Source of the DNA: Cyclobacteriaceae bacterium
Lineage (GTDB): Bacteria > Bacteroidota > Bacteroidia > Cytophagales > Cyclobacteriaceae
DNA length: 64,000 bases
NCBI GenBank assembly: GCA_050250195.1
Contig: JBFWPC010000011.1
Coordinates: forward strand, 8,164-72,163
Direction: 5' to 3'
This document shows, in pieces, positions 61,152 to 64,000 of the stretch (position 1 is its first letter; each line of letters begins with the position of its first letter). The notes below the pieces were generated by a model, which worked only from the letters and a program-made list of their open reading frames with translations, did not search any database and was not told the origin of the DNA. A program made the translations under genes and the position numbers.

Positions 61152-64000
61152 TTACTTTCTCTTCAGCATGACGAATCCAGTCACGGGTGCCTTTCCATCA
61201 TTCAGTTTGATGCTGTAGAAATAGGTGCCTTCAGCAAGTTGCCCTCCTGCTCCTTTGTTGGATTGTCCGGTCCACACCACATTCTCATTGTTATAACCAG
61301 AGATCTCGAACACCAGGTTGTTCCACCGATCAAAGATTCGGACCTGGTTATTCAGGTAGTAGTCAATCCCATCGATTCGCCAGTAGTCGTTGTTACCATC
61401 TCCATTGGGTGTAATGCCCTCGTACGCTTTCAACGGGAGGTCATCCACATTTATCCACAACACAGCCTCACTGCATGCACTGGGAACCCCATCATCACAG
61501 AGGCTGTATCGAACGGAATCCAATCCCCGGAATGTAATTCCTGACCGGTAGGCAAAGACACCGTCCACATCCAGCGTGATGTTCCCGTTAAATGGCCCCG
61601 CTACAGGCAACGTTTGGATGCTGATGGCATTGCCTTCTTTGTCAAAGTCATTGTCCATCACGTTGCCAAAAAACTCAACATAACGCAACACCGTGACGGT
61701 GTCGTTGCGGGCGGTGGGCGCATCATTGACGGATTGTACGTCAATCAAAACCACCAACGAGCTGCACAGCGATGGAGAACGATTGTCGCACACCTCCAGA
61801 CTCCAGATCGAGTTGCCAAAAAAATCTTCAACGGGCGAAAACCCGAAACAAAAAGCACTGGGGTCTGCCTGATTGAGCGTGCCACCACCTTCGTTGTTCG
61901 ACACCAGTAATAAGGTAACGGGGTCGCGATTGGGATCTTCGACTTGAAAGCAGAAGTCGAGGTTTGTGTCTTCGAGAGTCGTTAAGAACAGGGTGTCAAT
62001 CTTGGTTCCGTTGACCAAAAAATCAGGTGGTAGATTGACAGCCGGAATAACGTAAACGGGCTGCACACCCGTGGTGCAAACCGTGGCGTCATTCTCATCG
62101 CAAATGGTCACATCAATGGTGGTGTTGCCATTGAAGAATGCGGTTGGCGTGAAATCAAAGCAGGCACCGCCAGAAGGCCCGGCTGCCGTGGTACCATTGG
62201 CCGAAAGGCCGGTAGAAAATGCAGCATTATTATTTTCCACATCAGTGTAGGTAATGCAAATCTCCTGGGTCGTCCCCTCCAACACATCAACAGGTGTAAA
62301 GGTGAGCACTGGAGGATCATTAACTGGAGTTACCTCGATGATCATAACCACCCGGCTGCACAGGGCGGGCGAACGGTCATCGCAAACATCGGCAGTCCAG
62401 GTGGCGAACCCGTTGAAATCAGGCGTGGGCGTGTACTCAAAACAAAACTCAATATTTGCATAAGTCAATGTACCGTTGGCAACCACCGGATCAAACGAAA
62501 GCAATGTCACGTCATCGCCATTGGGGTCAATTGCTTCAAAACAAAAAACCAGGGTGCTGTCTTCGGGGGTGCTTACCCGCAGTGTATCGCCCAATATTCC
62601 ATTGATGAACAAATCGGGTGGTTTATTGGGGAGTGGAATCACCGTAACATTAATCTCACCGGTGGAGCATACGGTGGGGTCATTGGCATCACATACCGTC
62701 ACATCTATTTTGGTATCGCCCAGATAGCCGTCATCTGGTGTAAAGTCAAAACACAGATCACCCGTGTCCGGATCGATGACAGTCCCTTCTGCAGAGGTTC
62801 CGTCATTGAATACGGCCGGATCGCCCTCTTTATCGGTGACGGAGATACAAATCTCGGTGGTGGACCCCTCGTCTACCTGTACCACCTGCACATCGATAAC
62901 CGGAGGATCATTGACCGGCTGCACGGTAATCACCACTTCCACCTGGTCGCACAAACTCGGTGTGGTTTGGTCACAAACCTCAATGGTCACCCGATCTTCC
63001 CCGAAAAAGTCGGCATTGGGTGTGTAAGTAAAACAGAGCCCACCCGTGAGCACAAACGTTCCATTGTCTGTAATCTTGGTGATGTTTGTGATGTTCACAA
63101 TATCGCCATCGGGGTCAATGACAGTCAGGCATGCATTCAGGGGCGTGTCTTCCAACGTGTTGAAGTTGACAACATCAACAGGGTTGTCCAGGTCATCAAC
63201 CACGACCGGTGGGCCATTGGATGCCGTGAAATCAACAAACAACGCAAATGCCGCACTGTTCAAAGCGCCATCGTTGGCTACCACGTCAATCCTCCGGGTC
63301 AGCTGCGAGGCGGCCGTGCTTGAGAATTCAATGCTTGCCAGTGCGGTGGTGTAATCGGCCAAGGAGGCTGTGCCTGTAAGTGTGAGTACACCGGTATTCG
63401 TATCATAAGTTCCGGTAATTCCATTTTGATTTGTGAACGTCAAAATGTCTTCGGTCGCTGCAAAATTCTGTGCAATCGTGAGCGTGGCACCCGCCAACTG
63501 TGTATTGTCAGGGTCCGTCACGTTTAAGGTATTGTCCAGCACAATGGGGCCTGCCAGGTAGGCAATTTGATTGGTGGTGCCGTTCACGACCGGAGGGTCA
63601 TTGACGGGCACGATATCCACCTGCACATTGATCGCGTTGCTGCTAAGCAAGCCATCCGTAACCGAAACAGAAATTACCCTGGGTGTGGTATTGGGATTAT
63701 CACTGTTGTTTCGATACCGGATCGATTGAACGAATGTCTGGTAGTCAGCGAGCGATGCCGTTCCCGTGACAGTTAGTTCTCCTGTGGCAGCGTTGTAATT
63801 GGCTGTTGCACCTGGTGGCGCGGTGAACAGCAACGCATCCTCCCCGCTGGCAAAACCAGATTGAAAAGTGACCGTAGCACCGTCCATCTCTGTGTCATCC
63901 GGATCGGTGATGGTGACACCTCCAAAAACAGTGAGGCCCGCATCATTTTCAGTATAGGAAATCGGACTGGCGGCCGCGCTCAGCACCGGTGGTTGATTTT
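61152..64000 (-). CDS. giant adhesin-like protein with cadherin/Ig-like repeats and a T9SS type-B (gliding-motility C-terminal) sorting domain; N-terminus lies outside the window
   Basis: Repeated VNDPPV and DPNGD/DPDGD modules. The C-terminus ITPNGDGNNDYWRIDGI...GTYFY...GFVMLKRK matches the CHU_C/type-B CTD. The ORF is open to the window edge. Confidence 0.88.
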   Translation of the reverse strand, partial: NQPPVLSAAASPISYTENDAGLTVFGGVTITDPDDTEMDGATVTFQSGFASGEDALLFTAPPGATANYNAATGELTVTGTASLADYQTFVQSIRYRNNSDNPNTTPRVISVSVTDGLLSSNAINVQVDIVPVNDPPVVNGTTNQIAYLAGPIVLDNTLNVTDPDNTQLAGATLTIAQNFAATEDILTFTNQNGITGTYDTNTGVLTLTGTASLADYTTALASIEFSSTAASQLTRRIDVVANDGALNSAAFALFVDFTASNGPPVVVDDLDNPVDVVNFNTLEDTPLNACLTVIDPDGDIVNITNITKITDNGTFVLTGGLCFTYTPNADFFGEDRVTIEVCDQTTPSLCDQVEVVITVQPVNDPPVIDVQVVQVDEGSTTEICISVTDKEGDPAVFNDGTSAEGTVIDPDTGDLCFDFTPDDGYLGDTKIDVTVCDANDPTVCSTGEINVTVIPLPNKPPDLFINGILGDTLRVSTPEDSTLVFCFEAIDPNGDDVTLLSFDPVVANGTLTYANIEFCFEYTPTPDFNGFATWTADVCDDRSPALCSRVVMIIEVTPVNDPPVLTFTPVDVLEGTTQEICITYTDVENNNAAFSTGLSANGTTAAGPSGGACFDFTPTAFFNGNTTIDVTICDENDATVCTTGVQPVYVIPAVNLPPDFLVNGTKIDTLFLTTLEDTNLDFCFQVEDPNRDPVTLLLVSNNEGGGTLNQADPSAFCFGFSPVEDFFGNSIWSLEVCDNRSPSLCSSLVVLIDVQSVNDAPTARNDTVTVLRYVEFFGNVMDNDFDKEGNAISIQTLPVAGPFNGNITLDVDGVFAYRSGITFRGLDSVRYSLCDDGVPSACSEAVLWINVDDLPLKAYEGITPNGDGNNDYWRIDGIDYYLNNQVRIFDRWNNLVFEISGYNNENVVWTGQSNKGAGGQLAEGTYFYSIKLNDGKAPVTGFVMLKRK

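Overview
This 64 kb window looks like a Bacteroidota chromosome, based on a T9SS PorP/SprF gene, a gliding-type C-terminal sorting domain and Bacteroidota-style paired integrases. No database searches were possible. All family calls come from motifs read in the translations.

The left half (about 3.1-30.7 kb) is an accessory Rhs/YD-repeat polymorphic-toxin locus on the minus strand. It holds a 1149-aa YD-associated protein and a 2477-aa Rhs protein whose C-terminal tip (CT1) carries an HExxH motif, followed by a secreted MORN/YwqK-like immunity protein.

Downstream lie two apparently identical tandem copies of an 8,114-bp unit (4540-12653 and 12654-20767). Each copy encodes:
- an XRE regulator and a small membrane protein
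- a SymE/AbrB-like protein
- an 870-aa primase/P-loop helicase followed by GGGACGCC iterons
- two overlapping tyrosine recombinases
- a highly structured GC-rich spacer and a 59-aa ORF
- a promoterless copy of the CT1 tip plus its immunity gene

The units are bounded by three copies of a 33-bp sequence that encodes the conserved Rhs core motif YYPFGLTFNSY. The last copy precedes a different displaced tip (CT2, VanY/M15-like peptidase) with a lipoprotein immunity gene.

My main hypothesis is a replicative, integrase-encoding element that uses the Rhs core/tip junction as its attachment site. In that model it re-arms the Rhs protein with its own toxin/immunity cassette.

The rest of the window is mostly housekeeping: thyA, a LuxR-type response regulator, a frameshifted FN3-rich gene with an OMP, a Fic protein, tRNA-Cys, rpsA, ABC ATPase + TolC, small enzymes, a YafY regulator, an SGLT-type symporter with galK, YfhO, a glycosidase, and a T9SS adhesin/PorP/OmpA cluster.
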